Shown piece by piece: positions 19,773 through 29,768 of a stretch of 56,154 nt of DNA. This DNA is from Bacilli bacterium (lineage in GTDB: Bacteria; Bacillota_I; Bacilli_A; RFN20; DUOF01): positions 1-56,154 of the forward strand of contig JAZKZZ010000005.1 in the NCBI GenBank assembly GCA_045612885.1, read 5' to 3'. A model generated the notes under the pieces. The model saw nothing but the letters and a program-made list of their open reading frames with translations, did no database searches and had not been told where the DNA came from. The translations under genes were made by a program, and so were the position numbers. Numbering within the stretch: position 1 is the first letter of the stretch; the number at the start of each line of letters is the position of its first letter.

Positions 19773-22333
19773 TGGAAGAAAATATAACTTTATCACCATT
19801 AGAAGATATTTTTGGTGATAGATTTGGAAGATATTCAAAATATATTATTCAAGAAAGAGCTCTACCTGATGTAAGAGATGGATTAAAACCAGTTCAAAGA
19901 AGAATATTAGTTGCTATGAATGGTGAAAGAAATACATATGATAAACCACATAGAAAGAGTGCTAAAACTGTTGGTGTGGTTATTGGTAACTATCACCCTC
20001 ATGGAGATACTAGTGTATATGATGCAATGGTTAGAATGTCACAATGGTGGAAATCAAATGAAACTTTAATTGATATGCATGGTAATAATGGATCTTTGGA
20101 TAATGACCCTGCTGCTGCAATGCGTTATACAGAAGCTAGACTTAGTCAAATTGCTGGTGAATTATTAAAAGATTTAGATAAAGAGACAGTAGCTACTGCT
20201 CCTAACTTTGATGATACAATTATGGAACCTACAGTATTGCCAGCTAGATTCCCTAATTTACTTGTAAATGGAGCAAAGGGTATTGCTGCTGGTTATGCTA
20301 CAGAAATTCCTCCACATAATTTAGGAGAAGTTATTGATGCGATTATCTATAGAATTAAAAATAAAACATGTACTTTAGATGAAATTTTAGAGATTATAAA
20401 AGGACCTGATTTTCCTACTGGTGGTATAATCCAAGGAAAAGAAGGTATTAGAAATGCCTATGAAACTGGTAAAGGTAAATGTGTTATAAGAAGTAAAACC
20501 GAGATTGTAGAACACAAGAATATGAATCAAATTATCATAACTGAGATTCCTTTTGAAGTTGTTAAAAGTGACTTGGTAAAAAGTATTGATCAAATTTCTT
20601 TTGATAAGAAGATTGATGGAATTATTGAAGTAAGAGATGAAAGTGATAAAGAAGGATTAAGAATAGCTATAGATTTAAAAAAAGATGTTGATCCTAATTT
20701 AATACTTAATTATTTATTAAAACAAACAGAGTTACAAATTAATTACAACTTTAATATGGTTGTTATTAGTAATAAAAGACCAGTTCAAATGCCATTACTT
20801 GGTATATTAGATGCATATATTGCTCACCAAGTAGATGTAGATACAAAACGAACTATATTTGAATTAAATAAAGCTAAAGCTAGACTTCACATTTTAGAAG
20901 GATTAATTATTGCTATTAATAATTTAGATGAGGTTATATCTCTTATTAGAAATAGTAAAGATAAGAGTCATTGTAAAGAAAATCTAATTAATAGATTTAA
21001 AATTAGTGAAAAACAAGCAGAAGCGATTGTTACTATGCAACTTTATAGATTGTCGTCTACTGATATTACTCTCCTTAAAGATGAAACTAAATCATTAGAA
21101 GAATTATGTATTGAATTAAACGCATTACTTGAAGATGATAAAAAGATGAGAAAATTAATCATTAATGAATTAAGTGATGTTAAAAAGAAATATGCAAGTG
21201 ATAGAAAGTCACCAGTAGAGGATGAAGTAGATGATCTAGTTATTGATAAAATGGCTATGGTTAGTAAAGAAGAGGTGATGATTAGTGTATCTAGAAAAGG
21301 ATATGCTAAGCGTTCATCTATTAAGTCATATAGTGCTAGTGAAGAGGGAACATTACCAGCATTAAAGAGTAATGATTCACATGTTTGCGTTGGTAAGTGT
21401 ATGACAACTGATACTTTACTAGTATTTACTAGTAAGGGAAATTATTTATACATTCCTGTGTTTGAATTAACAGAGAATAGGTGGAAGGATGAAGGGGTTC
21501 ATTTAAATAGCATTGTTACTATTAATGGAGATGAATCCATTGTTAAAGTTATTTGTGTTAGAAACTTTAAAAAAGAAGTTAATATTGTATTAGTTAGTAG
21601 ATTAGGAATTATTAAGAAGACTAGTTTAGAAGAATTTGTAGTTCAAAGATATACTAAGCCTATAAAGTGTATGCGTTTAATGAGCGATGATAGTGTAGTA
21701 GGTGTAGGATATAGTGATGGAGAAAGCGAGATCGTAGTATTAAGTGAGCAAGGTAATGCTTTACGTTATAGTGAATCTGGTATTTCTCTAGTAGGAATTA
21801 AATCTGGTGGAGTTAAGGCTGTAAGTAGCGTTGAAAAAACTGGAGAAATAATCGGTATGGTTGTACTTCATAATGAATGTACTAAGTTAGCATATTTAGT
21901 TACTGACAAGGGTGGAAGTAAAGTTATTAACCCTAGAAATATTAATTTAACTTTAAGAACTAATAAGGCTACTCCTGTATTTAAGTGTTTTAAATCAGAT
22001 CCTCATTTAGCGATAGGATTTGAATTTGTAAATGATAGAAAAGTAGGATTAGCAATGCTAAATAGTGGAGATATTATTGACATAGATATTAGCGAAAGAG
22101 GACAACCTTTTGATAAGAACATGAAGAATAATTTAGAGTTAAAGGGTAAAGATAGAATAATCTTTACTACTAACTTAGAGATGGATTTTATTGATGAATT
22201 TACTAAAACTTTCCAAAATACGACAAATTTCATAGAAGAAAAAGAAGATAATAAACATATAGATAAAGAAGTTAAAAAAGAAGAAAATTACGAAAAAATA
22301 TCTATATTAGATTTACTTGGAGAGGATTTTTAG
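19772..22333 (+). CDS. parC: DNA topoisomerase IV subunit A
   Basis: Type IIA A-subunit (ERALPDVRDGLKPVQRR, catalytic AAMRYTE). No GyrA-box (QRRGGKG) visible in the C-terminal domain. Confidence 0.85.
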   Translation: MEENITLSPLEDIFGDRFGRYSKYIIQERALPDVRDGLKPVQRRILVAMNGERNTYDKPHRKSAKTVGVVIGNYHPHGDTSVYDAMVRMSQWWKSNETLIDMHGNNGSLDNDPAAAMRYTEARLSQIAGELLKDLDKETVATAPNFDDTIMEPTVLPARFPNLLVNGAKGIAAGYATEIPPHNLGEVIDAIIYRIKNKTCTLDEILEIIKGPDFPTGGIIQGKEGIRNAYETGKGKCVIRSKTEIVEHKNMNQIIITEIPFEVVKSDLVKSIDQISFDKKIDGIIEVRDESDKEGLRIAIDLKKDVDPNLILNYLLKQTELQINYNFNMVVISNKRPVQMPLLGILDAYIAHQVDVDTKRTIFELNKAKARLHILEGLIIAINNLDEVISLIRNSKDKSHCKENLINRFKISEKQAEAIVTMQLYRLSSTDITLLKDETKSLEELCIELNALLEDDKKMRKLIINELSDVKKKYASDRKSPVEDEVDDLVIDKMAMVSKEEVMISVSRKGYAKRSSIKSYSASEEGTLPALKSNDSHVCVGKCMTTDTLLVFTSKGNYLYIPVFELTENRWKDEGVHLNSIVTINGDESIVKVICVRNFKKEVNIVLVSRLGIIKKTSLEEFVVQRYTKPIKCMRLMSDDSVVGVGYSDGESEIVVLSEQGNALRYSESGISLVGIKSGGVKAVSSVEKTGEIIGMVVLHNECTKLAYLVTDKGGSKVINPRNINLTLRTNKATPVFKCFKSDPHLAIGFEFVNDRKVGLAMLNSGDIIDIDISERGQPFDKNMKNNLELKGKDRIIFTTNLEMDFIDEFTKTFQNTTNFIEEKEDNKHIDKEVKKEENYEKISILDLLGEDF

Positions 22334-23194
22334 GTGGATAGTATGTCAATAATAATTATGGTTGATAGTTGTGCCAATATAACAAAGCAGATGATAAAAA
22401 GGTGGGGCATTAGTCTATTGCCATATAGTCTCCAGTTTAGCAATGGTGATTGCTATAAGGACGTTATTGATATAAAAAATAATGAGCAATTAATAGATTT
22501 AATAGATACTTATAAAACTCTTCCTACAATAGATAAAGTATCAAAGGAAGATATTGAAGCATGTTTTAGAAAGATTATAGAGAGTGGAGATGACATACTT
22601 TATGTTGGTGTTAGTTCAAAACTCTCTAGTGCTTATAATGAAGTAGTTGAAGTTTCTAAAAAGTTTAATCCAAATACGATCCAAATCATTGATAGTTTGA
22701 ATGCAGGATGTGGTCAAATGTTACTTGCTATGTATGCAAAAGATTATGTAGATAAAGGATATGGATTAAAACAAACAGCTAAATATTTAAATGAGATTAA
22801 ACACAATATTAAATCGTTTTATACTGTTAGGAATCTTTCTTATCTATATAAGCAAAAACGATATGAATATCTAGTAGATGATTATATAGAATTTAATAAG
22901 CGTGTTCCTATAGCGCAAATTGATAATGGAAAAATAGTGTTGACCTCTAGTGGTTATAAAAATGATGTCGCTAATCAAATAATTAATGATACCATTATTG
23001 ATTATAGTAACCATATTGATACTTCACATATGATTATTTCCTATTCAGGAGATAAGAGTAAAGCATTGAAATTAAAGCAAAGATCTAACAAATTGTTTTC
23101 TGGCATTAATGTTAGTTTGATCGAAAATAGTAGTGCAGTATATATGAATACTGGTAATGATAGTTTAAGTGTTGCTTTTTTAGTGAATAAATAA
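22334..23194 (+). CDS. DegV-family fatty-acid-binding protein
   Basis: About 285 aa. N-terminus IIIMVDSCANI and overall DegV-like layout. The start could be GTG-22334 or ATG-22343. Confidence 0.7.
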   Translation: MDSMSIIIMVDSCANITKQMIKRWGISLLPYSLQFSNGDCYKDVIDIKNNEQLIDLIDTYKTLPTIDKVSKEDIEACFRKIIESGDDILYVGVSSKLSSAYNEVVEVSKKFNPNTIQIIDSLNAGCGQMLLAMYAKDYVDKGYGLKQTAKYLNEIKHNIKSFYTVRNLSYLYKQKRYEYLVDDYIEFNKRVPIAQIDNGKIVLTSSGYKNDVANQIINDTIIDYSNHIDTSHMIISYSGDKSKALKLKQRSNKLFSGINVSLIENSSAVYMNTGNDSLSVAFLVNK

Positions 23195-23211
23195 AAATAA
23201 GAATAGAAAAT

Positions 23212-23239
23212 ACTCTAATCATTTGATTAGAGTTTTTTA
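23212..23239 (+). terminator. intrinsic terminator
   Basis: CTCTAATC-ATTT-GATTAGAG followed by TTTTTT. Confidence 0.8.
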
Positions 23240-23270
23240 TTTAGTATAATCTTATCGAGGTGGATTTATT

Positions 23271-25877
23271 ATGTATAATAAAACTGTAAAAGATATAGCA
23301 AAAGAATTAGATACTGATTTAGAATCAGGATTAAGTGAGAAAAGGGTAAAAGAGAATCAAGATAAATATGGGCCTAACGCTTTAAAAGAGGGAAAGAAGA
23401 CTAGTTTATTAGTAAAGTTTTTATTAGAGTTTAAAGATGTTTTGATTATTATTCTTATTGCCGCTGCTCTAATTTCAATTATTGTAGATCCTAGTGAATG
23501 GATTGATAGTCTAATTATTTTTGTTGTAGTAATTATTAATGCTGTTTTAGGAGTAGTCCAAGAAAATAAAGCAGAAAAGTCATTAGAAGCATTAAAGAAG
23601 ATGTCCTCCCCTAATTGTAAAGTTATTAGAGATGGGAAGATGACTATTATAAGTAGTGAAGAGATTACAGTAGGAGATTTATTATTCTTAGAAGCAGGAG
23701 ATATTATTCCTTGTGATTGTAGAATTATAGAGAGTAATAATTTAACTGTAGATGAAGCAAGTTTGACAGGTGAGAGCTTGCCAGTAGAAAAAAACAATTT
23801 AGTTATTAATGAAGATAATGTTGCAATAGGAGATAGACATAATATGTTATTTTCTTCTTGTTATATTAATAATGGTAATGCTAAATGTATTGCTACTAGA
23901 ATCGGAATGGAAACAGAGATTGGACATATAGCTTCAATTTTAGATAGTAATGAAAGTAGAGAAACACCATTACAAGCAAAATTAACTCAAGTAGGTAAAA
24001 CTATAGGAATGATTTGTATTGCTGTATGTGTGATTGTATTTGCACTTGAATACATAAGTGGTGTTGGTAGTAACTTATTTAAAGCATTTGATGGAGATGT
24101 AGCGTTAGAATCATTTAAGAGTGCAATCGCTTTAGCTGTTGCTGCTATACCAGAGGGCTTAGCTACTGTTGTTACTGTGGTGCTTGCTCTAGGAGTAGAA
24201 AAAATGGCTAAAAGAAACGCTATTGTAAAGAAATTACCTGCAGTAGAAACTTTAGGATCTACTCAAATTATTTGTAGTGATAAAACAGGAACTTTAACTC
24301 AAAATAAAATGACTGTTACAAAAGTATATGTAGATGAAATAAAAAATCCTGATAATAGTAATGATAAGGAAAAGCAAATGTTACAATATTTTGCTTTGTG
24401 TTGTAGTGCTAAAATCCAAGGAGATAAAAGAATCGGTGATCCAACAGAACTTGCATTATTAGATGTAAATAATTTATATGGATTAAAATTAGATGATTAT
24501 AAACTTGTTAGTGAACTACCATTTGATAGTGATAGAAAGTTAATGAGTGTGGTAGTAAGTAAGGGGAATGAACTTCTTATGATTACTAAAGGTGCTTTTG
24601 ACGTGATGATAGATAGAAGTAAAACTACTAAGTCACAAGTAGAAACATTTAATAAAGTTAATGAAGATTTATCAAGTCAAGCATTAAGAGTTCTTGCTGT
24701 TGGTATTAAAAAAGTAAGTAAACAAGAAATTTCGTTTGAAGATGAAAAAGATTTAACTATAGTAGGATTTGTAGGAATGATAGATCCTAGTAGAGAAGAA
24801 GTAAAAGACGCTATTAAAATAGCTACAAAAGCTGGAATCAGAACAATTATGATTACAGGTGATCATAAGATTACTGCAAGTGCTATTGCTACAGATTTAG
24901 GAATTAAAAGGGAAAATGACAAGGTTATTACTTCATTAGAATTAAATGAATTAAGTGATGAATATCTAAATGAGCATATTGAGGAGTACAGTGTTTATGC
25001 TAGAGTTGCTCCAAGTGATAAAGTAAGAATTGTTAAGGCATGGCAAAATAAGAATAAAGTTGTTGCTATGACTGGAGATGGAGTAAATGATGCACCTGCT
25101 TTAAAACTTGCTGATATCGGATGTGCGATGGGAATTACAGGTACTGATGTAAGTAAAGAAGCAAGTGATATGATATTAATGGATGATAATTTTAACACCA
25201 TTGTAGAAGCTGTAAAAGAGGGTAGAGGTATCTACAATAATATTAAAAAATGTATTAAGTATTTATTATCTAGTAATATAGGTGAAGTTATGACTATTTT
25301 TGTATCTAGTTTAATTGCAGTTATTGCTTCAATTAATTTAGGTATACCACTTTTGCCAATTCATTTATTATGGATTAACTTAATTACAGATTCACTTCCA
25401 GCATTTGGACTTGGAATGGAAAAAGCAAGCGATGATATAATGAATGAGGCTCCTAGAGATAAAGATGAAGGTTTCTTTGCTAATAAGTTAGCTTTTCATA
25501 TTGCACTAGAAGGTGTATGTATTGGATTATTAACTTTAGCTAGTTATTTAATTGGCGATTTAGTATTTAAGAGCGTAAGTGTTGGTCAAACAATGGCTTT
25601 CTTGACACTATCATCATTACAATTATTCCATGCTTTTAATGTAAAGAGTGATAAGAGTATATTTAGAAAAGAAACATTTAATAACAAGATGTTAAATGTT
25701 GCCTTTATTATTGGTATGTCATTACAATTTATGGTTATTTATACTCCTGGAGTAAATGATGTATTTAAATTAGAGGCATTATCAAGTATTCCATTACTTA
25801 TTTCTATGGCTCTTGCTTTATCTATAGTAGTAATTATGGAAGTGTATAAATTGCTAAGTAGAAGGGTAAAAAAATAA
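23271..25877 (+). CDS. P-type (type IIA-like) Ca2+-transporting ATPase
   Basis: 868 aa. TGES, phosphorylation site CSDKTGTLTQN, TGDGVNDAPALK, and a cation-ATPase N-terminal domain. Confidence 0.9.
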   Translation: MYNKTVKDIAKELDTDLESGLSEKRVKENQDKYGPNALKEGKKTSLLVKFLLEFKDVLIIILIAAALISIIVDPSEWIDSLIIFVVVIINAVLGVVQENKAEKSLEALKKMSSPNCKVIRDGKMTIISSEEITVGDLLFLEAGDIIPCDCRIIESNNLTVDEASLTGESLPVEKNNLVINEDNVAIGDRHNMLFSSCYINNGNAKCIATRIGMETEIGHIASILDSNESRETPLQAKLTQVGKTIGMICIAVCVIVFALEYISGVGSNLFKAFDGDVALESFKSAIALAVAAIPEGLATVVTVVLALGVEKMAKRNAIVKKLPAVETLGSTQIICSDKTGTLTQNKMTVTKVYVDEIKNPDNSNDKEKQMLQYFALCCSAKIQGDKRIGDPTELALLDVNNLYGLKLDDYKLVSELPFDSDRKLMSVVVSKGNELLMITKGAFDVMIDRSKTTKSQVETFNKVNEDLSSQALRVLAVGIKKVSKQEISFEDEKDLTIVGFVGMIDPSREEVKDAIKIATKAGIRTIMITGDHKITASAIATDLGIKRENDKVITSLELNELSDEYLNEHIEEYSVYARVAPSDKVRIVKAWQNKNKVVAMTGDGVNDAPALKLADIGCAMGITGTDVSKEASDMILMDDNFNTIVEAVKEGRGIYNNIKKCIKYLLSSNIGEVMTIFVSSLIAVIASINLGIPLLPIHLLWINLITDSLPAFGLGMEKASDDIMNEAPRDKDEGFFANKLAFHIALEGVCIGLLTLASYLIGDLVFKSVSVGQTMAFLTLSSLQLFHAFNVKSDKSIFRKETFNNKMLNVAFIIGMSLQFMVIYTPGVNDVFKLEALSSIPLLISMALALSIVVIMEVYKLLSRRVKK

Positions 25878-26410
25878 TGCTAGTTACAATTAGACATGGA
25901 GAAACAAACTTTAATGTCAAGCGTTTATATAGTGGGGTAAATGATTTACCTTTGCTTACTGAAAATGCTAAATTAGAAGCTTTTAAAAAAGGAGAATTAC
26001 TAAAGCAATACAATTTTGATGTTGCTTATATTTCTCCATTAACAAGAGCATTTGAAACATATAATGAACTTAATAAATCTCTTAATATTCCATATATTAA
26101 AGATCAGAATTTAGTAGAAAGAGACTTTAAAGCATATGAGGGAAAAGTGTATGAGGCTATTGATTATTCAATTATTTGGAATGTAGAGTTATCTAAAAGT
26201 ATTGATATTGAAACAATTGATGATTTAACTATAAGAGTTGAAAAAGTATTGAATAGGATTAAAGAAGAATCTCCAAATAAAAATGTCTTGATAGTAGCAC
26301 ATTCAGGTGTTTGTAGAGTTATTAGATATATTTTGGAAGGTAAAAAAGAAAATGATTTAAGAAATTATAAGATGGAAAATCTACATATTGACGTTTATAA
26401 GGAGTGGTAA
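25877..26410 (+). CDS. histidine phosphatase (phosphoglycerate-mutase-like) family protein
   Basis: RHGET motif at the N-terminus (VTIRHGETNFN) and a distal AHSG motif. The start overlaps the ATPase stop (TAATG). Confidence 0.8.
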   Translation: MLVTIRHGETNFNVKRLYSGVNDLPLLTENAKLEAFKKGELLKQYNFDVAYISPLTRAFETYNELNKSLNIPYIKDQNLVERDFKAYEGKVYEAIDYSIIWNVELSKSIDIETIDDLTIRVEKVLNRIKEESPNKNVLIVAHSGVCRVIRYILEGKKENDLRNYKMENLHIDVYKEW

Positions 26411-26411
26411 A

Positions 26412-27770
26412 ATGATTAATAAACTAAGAGAGTTCTATAAAAACGGGGCTACTTTAGATTACGATTTTAGAATTCAATCTCTAGAAAAATTAGAAAGCAG
26501 TATATTAGCACATTATAATGAATTAATAGAAGCTTTTAAAAAAGATTATAACAAGTGTGAATTTGATGTTATTAATACAGAGATTGGCTTGGTTTTAAAT
26601 GAAATAAGATATTTTAAGAGCAACTTATATAAATTGATGAATATAAAAAAGGTTAGAACAGGATTAATTAATATGCCAAGTAAAGGGTATATAATTAGTG
26701 AACCATATGGAGTAGTGTTTATAGCAAGTCCATGGAATTATCCTTTTCAATTATCAATGGTGCCACTTATAGGCGCAATTAGCGCAGGTAATGTAGTATT
26801 TTTAAAGCCTAGTGATCAAACTCCATCTGTAAAGAAAGTAATTAAGAATATTTTGAGCGTTTTTCCTAGTGAGTATATTTATGTGACTGGCGAGAGTAAA
26901 AAGGAAAGAGATTCTTTATTTGATTTGGAATATGATTATGTCTTCTATACTGGAAGTAATAAATTAGCGATTGAACTTATGAGTAAGCAAGCTAAATATT
27001 TAACACCAATGACTTTAGAACTTGGAGGAAAGTCGCCTTGTATAGTCGATGAAGATTCTAATGTTGATGTGGCTGCTAAAAGAATTGTCTGGGGTAAGTT
27101 TTTAAACGCTGGTCAAACATGTGTTGCTCCTGATTATATTTTAGTTCATTCTTCTATTAAAGAAGAGTTTATTGATAAGGTGAAGGAATATACTAAGAAA
27201 TTTTATTATCAAGATGATCAATTGGTAGATAATTTTGTTCATATAATTAATGAAAAACATGTTAAAAGATTATTAGATTTAACTAAAAAAGAAAAGATTA
27301 TTTTTGGTGGTAAAATTAAAAATAATACTTTAGAGCCTACAATCTTAGATGATATTACATTTGATAGTAAGATTATGGAAGAAGAAATATTTGGACCTAT
27401 TATGCCAATTATTACTTACTATAATTTAGGAGAAGCTTTAACTAATATAGAAAAGAAAGCTAAGCCTTTAGCATTTTATTATTTTACTACTAATAAAAAG
27501 AAAGCTAAGTATGTAATGAATAAGATGAGTTATGGTGGAGGATGTGTTAATGATGTAATAATGCATCTAAGCGAAGAAGGACTTCCTTTTGGTGGAGTTG
27601 GTAAAAGTGGTATGAATTCTTATCATGGTAAGAAAAGTTATGAAACATTCTCACATTACAAGAGTATCTTAGTAAAAAATTCCAAGTTTGAGTTAAATGT
27701 TAAATATCCTAAATATAATGAAGATAAACTTAGTTTTGTTAAGTGGTTCTTTAAAATAAAACATAAATAA
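26412..27770 (+). CDS. NAD(P)-dependent aldehyde dehydrogenase (class-3-like)
   Basis: ELGGKSP, catalytic GQTCVAPDY and EEIFGP motifs. AAGGAG precedes ATG-26412. Confidence 0.9.
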   Translation: MINKLREFYKNGATLDYDFRIQSLEKLESSILAHYNELIEAFKKDYNKCEFDVINTEIGLVLNEIRYFKSNLYKLMNIKKVRTGLINMPSKGYIISEPYGVVFIASPWNYPFQLSMVPLIGAISAGNVVFLKPSDQTPSVKKVIKNILSVFPSEYIYVTGESKKERDSLFDLEYDYVFYTGSNKLAIELMSKQAKYLTPMTLELGGKSPCIVDEDSNVDVAAKRIVWGKFLNAGQTCVAPDYILVHSSIKEEFIDKVKEYTKKFYYQDDQLVDNFVHIINEKHVKRLLDLTKKEKIIFGGKIKNNTLEPTILDDITFDSKIMEEEIFGPIMPIITYYNLGEALTNIEKKAKPLAFYYFTTNKKKAKYVMNKMSYGGGCVNDVIMHLSEEGLPFGGVGKSGMNSYHGKKSYETFSHYKSILVKNSKFELNVKYPKYNEDKLSFVKWFFKIKHK

Positions 27771-27774
27771 AAAT

Positions 27775-27794
27775 AGGGACCTAATGGTCCCTTT
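27775..27794 (+). terminator. possible terminator (poor T-run)
   Basis: AGGGACC-TAAT-GGTCCCT followed by TTTAAAA. Confidence 0.45.
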
Positions 27795-27934
27795 AAAACA
27801 TTTCAAAATACCCTTTGAAAGTACAGACACAAGTTATCCGTACATTCATAGTATTTACATTATTTTTAATATTATCCTAAAATATAAATTAATTTTAAAA
27901 AATGAATTATAATAATAAAAATGGAGGTAAGAGA

Positions 27935-28723
27935 ATGAAAATTGCAGTTATTACAGGTGCTAGTAGTGGCATGGGAAAAGAGTTTTTAAAGAGAGTAGAT
28001 GAATATAATTTAGATGAAATCTGGGCTATTGCTTTAGATATAGAAGGATTAGAAAAAGTAAAAGCAGAGGCTAAAACAAATGTTAGAATCTTTGCTCTTG
28101 ATTTAACAATCGAGGAAAGTTTTAAAAAATATCAAAATGCTTTGGAAGAATTAAAACCTGATGTTGAATATTTATTTAATTGTAGTGGCTATGGGAAGTT
28201 TGGTAGATATGATGATATAGATATTAAACAATCTGCTAATATGATTGATTTAAACTGTAAAGCATTGGTGGTTATGACTGAGTTAACTATTCCATATATG
28301 TCTAAGGGAAGTAAGATACTAGAAATAGCATCAGTAGCAGCATATCAACCTATTCCTTATATGGGAGTGTATGGGGCAAGTAAGGCATTTGTATTAAGTT
28401 ACTCAAGGGCTATAAGTGTAGAGTTAAAGAATAAAGGAATAAGTGTTACTTGCTTATGTCCTTTCTGGACTAAGACTAAATTTTTTGATAGAGCAAAAGA
28501 AACTAGGGCAAAAGTGGATGTAGTAACTAAGTATGTTGCTATGTATGAACCTGAATTTGTAGTAAATAAAGGACTAAAAGCTTTAAATAAGGGAAAACTT
28601 GTAGTGATACCCGGATTTATATCTAAAGCACAATGTTTCTTAGTAAGCATCTTACCTAAGAAATTAGTAATGAAGGTATGGTGCCATCAGCAAAAATTGA
28701 ATAAGAAATATAAAGGTAAATAA
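27935..28723 (+). CDS. short-chain dehydrogenase/reductase (SDR)
   Basis: TGASSGMG cofactor motif and YGASKAF (YxxxK). GGAGG precedes ATG-27935. Confidence 0.85.
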   Translation: MKIAVITGASSGMGKEFLKRVDEYNLDEIWAIALDIEGLEKVKAEAKTNVRIFALDLTIEESFKKYQNALEELKPDVEYLFNCSGYGKFGRYDDIDIKQSANMIDLNCKALVVMTELTIPYMSKGSKILEIASVAAYQPIPYMGVYGASKAFVLSYSRAISVELKNKGISVTCLCPFWTKTKFFDRAKETRAKVDVVTKYVAMYEPEFVVNKGLKALNKGKLVVIPGFISKAQCFLVSILPKKLVMKVWCHQQKLNKKYKGK

Positions 28724-28745
28724 TTTGGATATAAAAAAAAGTAGT

Positions 28746-28760
28746 CAAATCATTGATTTG
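28746..28760. promoter_or_regulatory. perfect 7-1-7 palindrome, candidate operator
   Basis: CAAATCA-T-TGATTTG about 50 nt upstream of the first rhodanese lipoprotein gene, immediately before TATATAAAA. Confidence 0.3.
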
Positions 28761-28812
28761 TATATAAAAATTTATCTAAAATAAGGGTAAGAAAGAAAGA
28801 GGGAAATTATAA

Positions 28813-29697
28813 ATGAAAAAAATTTTAGGACTTAGTACTCTTGCTTTAGCTGGAGTATTAGCATTCACAGGATGTTCTTGTAAAGACAAGGGAGAAGAAT
28901 TATCTCAATTACCTGCAGCAAGATTAGGAAACGCAGAAGGTTGTTATTCTAATGACTATGATAAGACATGTTCTTCAATCAATTCAAAAAATTTAAATGA
29001 ATACTTAGGTAGAAGTGATGTAGATTACATCGATGTAAGAAATTTCAGTGACTATGAATTTGAACATTTAGAAGGATTCAGAAACGTACAATTCTTTGCT
29101 GATATTTGGAATAAAGATGGCGTAGCTGGTGGAAAACAATTATTCAATAAGGATTATACTCCTAAATATAAAGATTCAGTAAAAATATTAGAATCTTACT
29201 TTCCTAAAGATAAGACACTATTCTTAATGTGTGCTTCTGGAGGAAGAGTAGTATGGTTAATGGATATTCTTGAATTAAATGGATGGGATATGACTAAGAT
29301 TTATAATGTTGGTGGTATGGGAGACTATACTGATGCAAAATATGATAGTTATAGAGTGAGCAAGTCTAATGCAGCTTTAACATTTAAAACAGCAACTATC
29401 ACTGAAGGAAATTATACTGCTACAGCACATATTGCTTTAGATAAAGATAATAAAATTACAAATATTTATGTAACAGGAAGTGAAATGACTCCTGGAGTTT
29501 CAGATAAGTGGAATCAAGATACTTGGTTAAAAGCTAAATATGAATATTGCCAAAAATTAGTTGGTAAAACTAAAGCTGATATCCAAGAAATGGTTAACGG
29601 CGATGAAGGAGCTAAAGGTGAAGATGTTGTAACAGGTGCTACAACAACTTCAAATAGAGTATTAGAGGCTGTTCTAGCAGCATTTGATGCTCAATAA
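28813..29697 (+). CDS. lipoprotein: rhodanese domain fused to a C-terminal FMN-binding (flavinylation-type) domain
   Basis: Signal peptide with lipobox LAFTG|C. Rhodanese pattern (VDYIDVRNFSDYEFEHLEGF) with CX4R loop CASGGR at 29230-29247. C-terminal FMN_bind-like domain ends in DVVTGATTTSNRVLEAV at 29632-29652. Confidence 0.7.
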   Translation: MKKILGLSTLALAGVLAFTGCSCKDKGEELSQLPAARLGNAEGCYSNDYDKTCSSINSKNLNEYLGRSDVDYIDVRNFSDYEFEHLEGFRNVQFFADIWNKDGVAGGKQLFNKDYTPKYKDSVKILESYFPKDKTLFLMCASGGRVVWLMDILELNGWDMTKIYNVGGMGDYTDAKYDSYRVSKSNAALTFKTATITEGNYTATAHIALDKDNKITNIYVTGSEMTPGVSDKWNQDTWLKAKYEYCQKLVGKTKADIQEMVNGDEGAKGEDVVTGATTTSNRVLEAVLAAFDAQ

Positions 29698-29726
29698 TTT
29701 ACAATAAGATCATAATTTAATAAAAT

Positions 29727-29750
29727 AGAAAGGGAAACCTTTCTTTTTAT
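29727..29750 (+). terminator. intrinsic terminator
   Basis: AGAAAGG-GAAA-CCTTTCT followed by a T-run. Confidence 0.7.
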
Positions 29751-29768
29751 TTTTTAAGGAGTGATTAG

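Noticed and set aside
17829-22333. Alternative call as gyrB-gyrA
   Set aside because: No GyrA-box in the A-subunit C-terminal domain. The genes are not next to dnaA/dnaN/recF. They are adjacent and divergent to plsY, as is parE-parC in Bacillus. The topoisomerase IV call is preferred but not proven without phylogeny.
23357-23797. 146-aa minus-strand ORF inside the P-type ATPase gene (similar cases at 24995-25201, 28399-28650 and 54249-54512)
   Set aside because: Antisense shadows of well-supported CDSs with no independent start signals.
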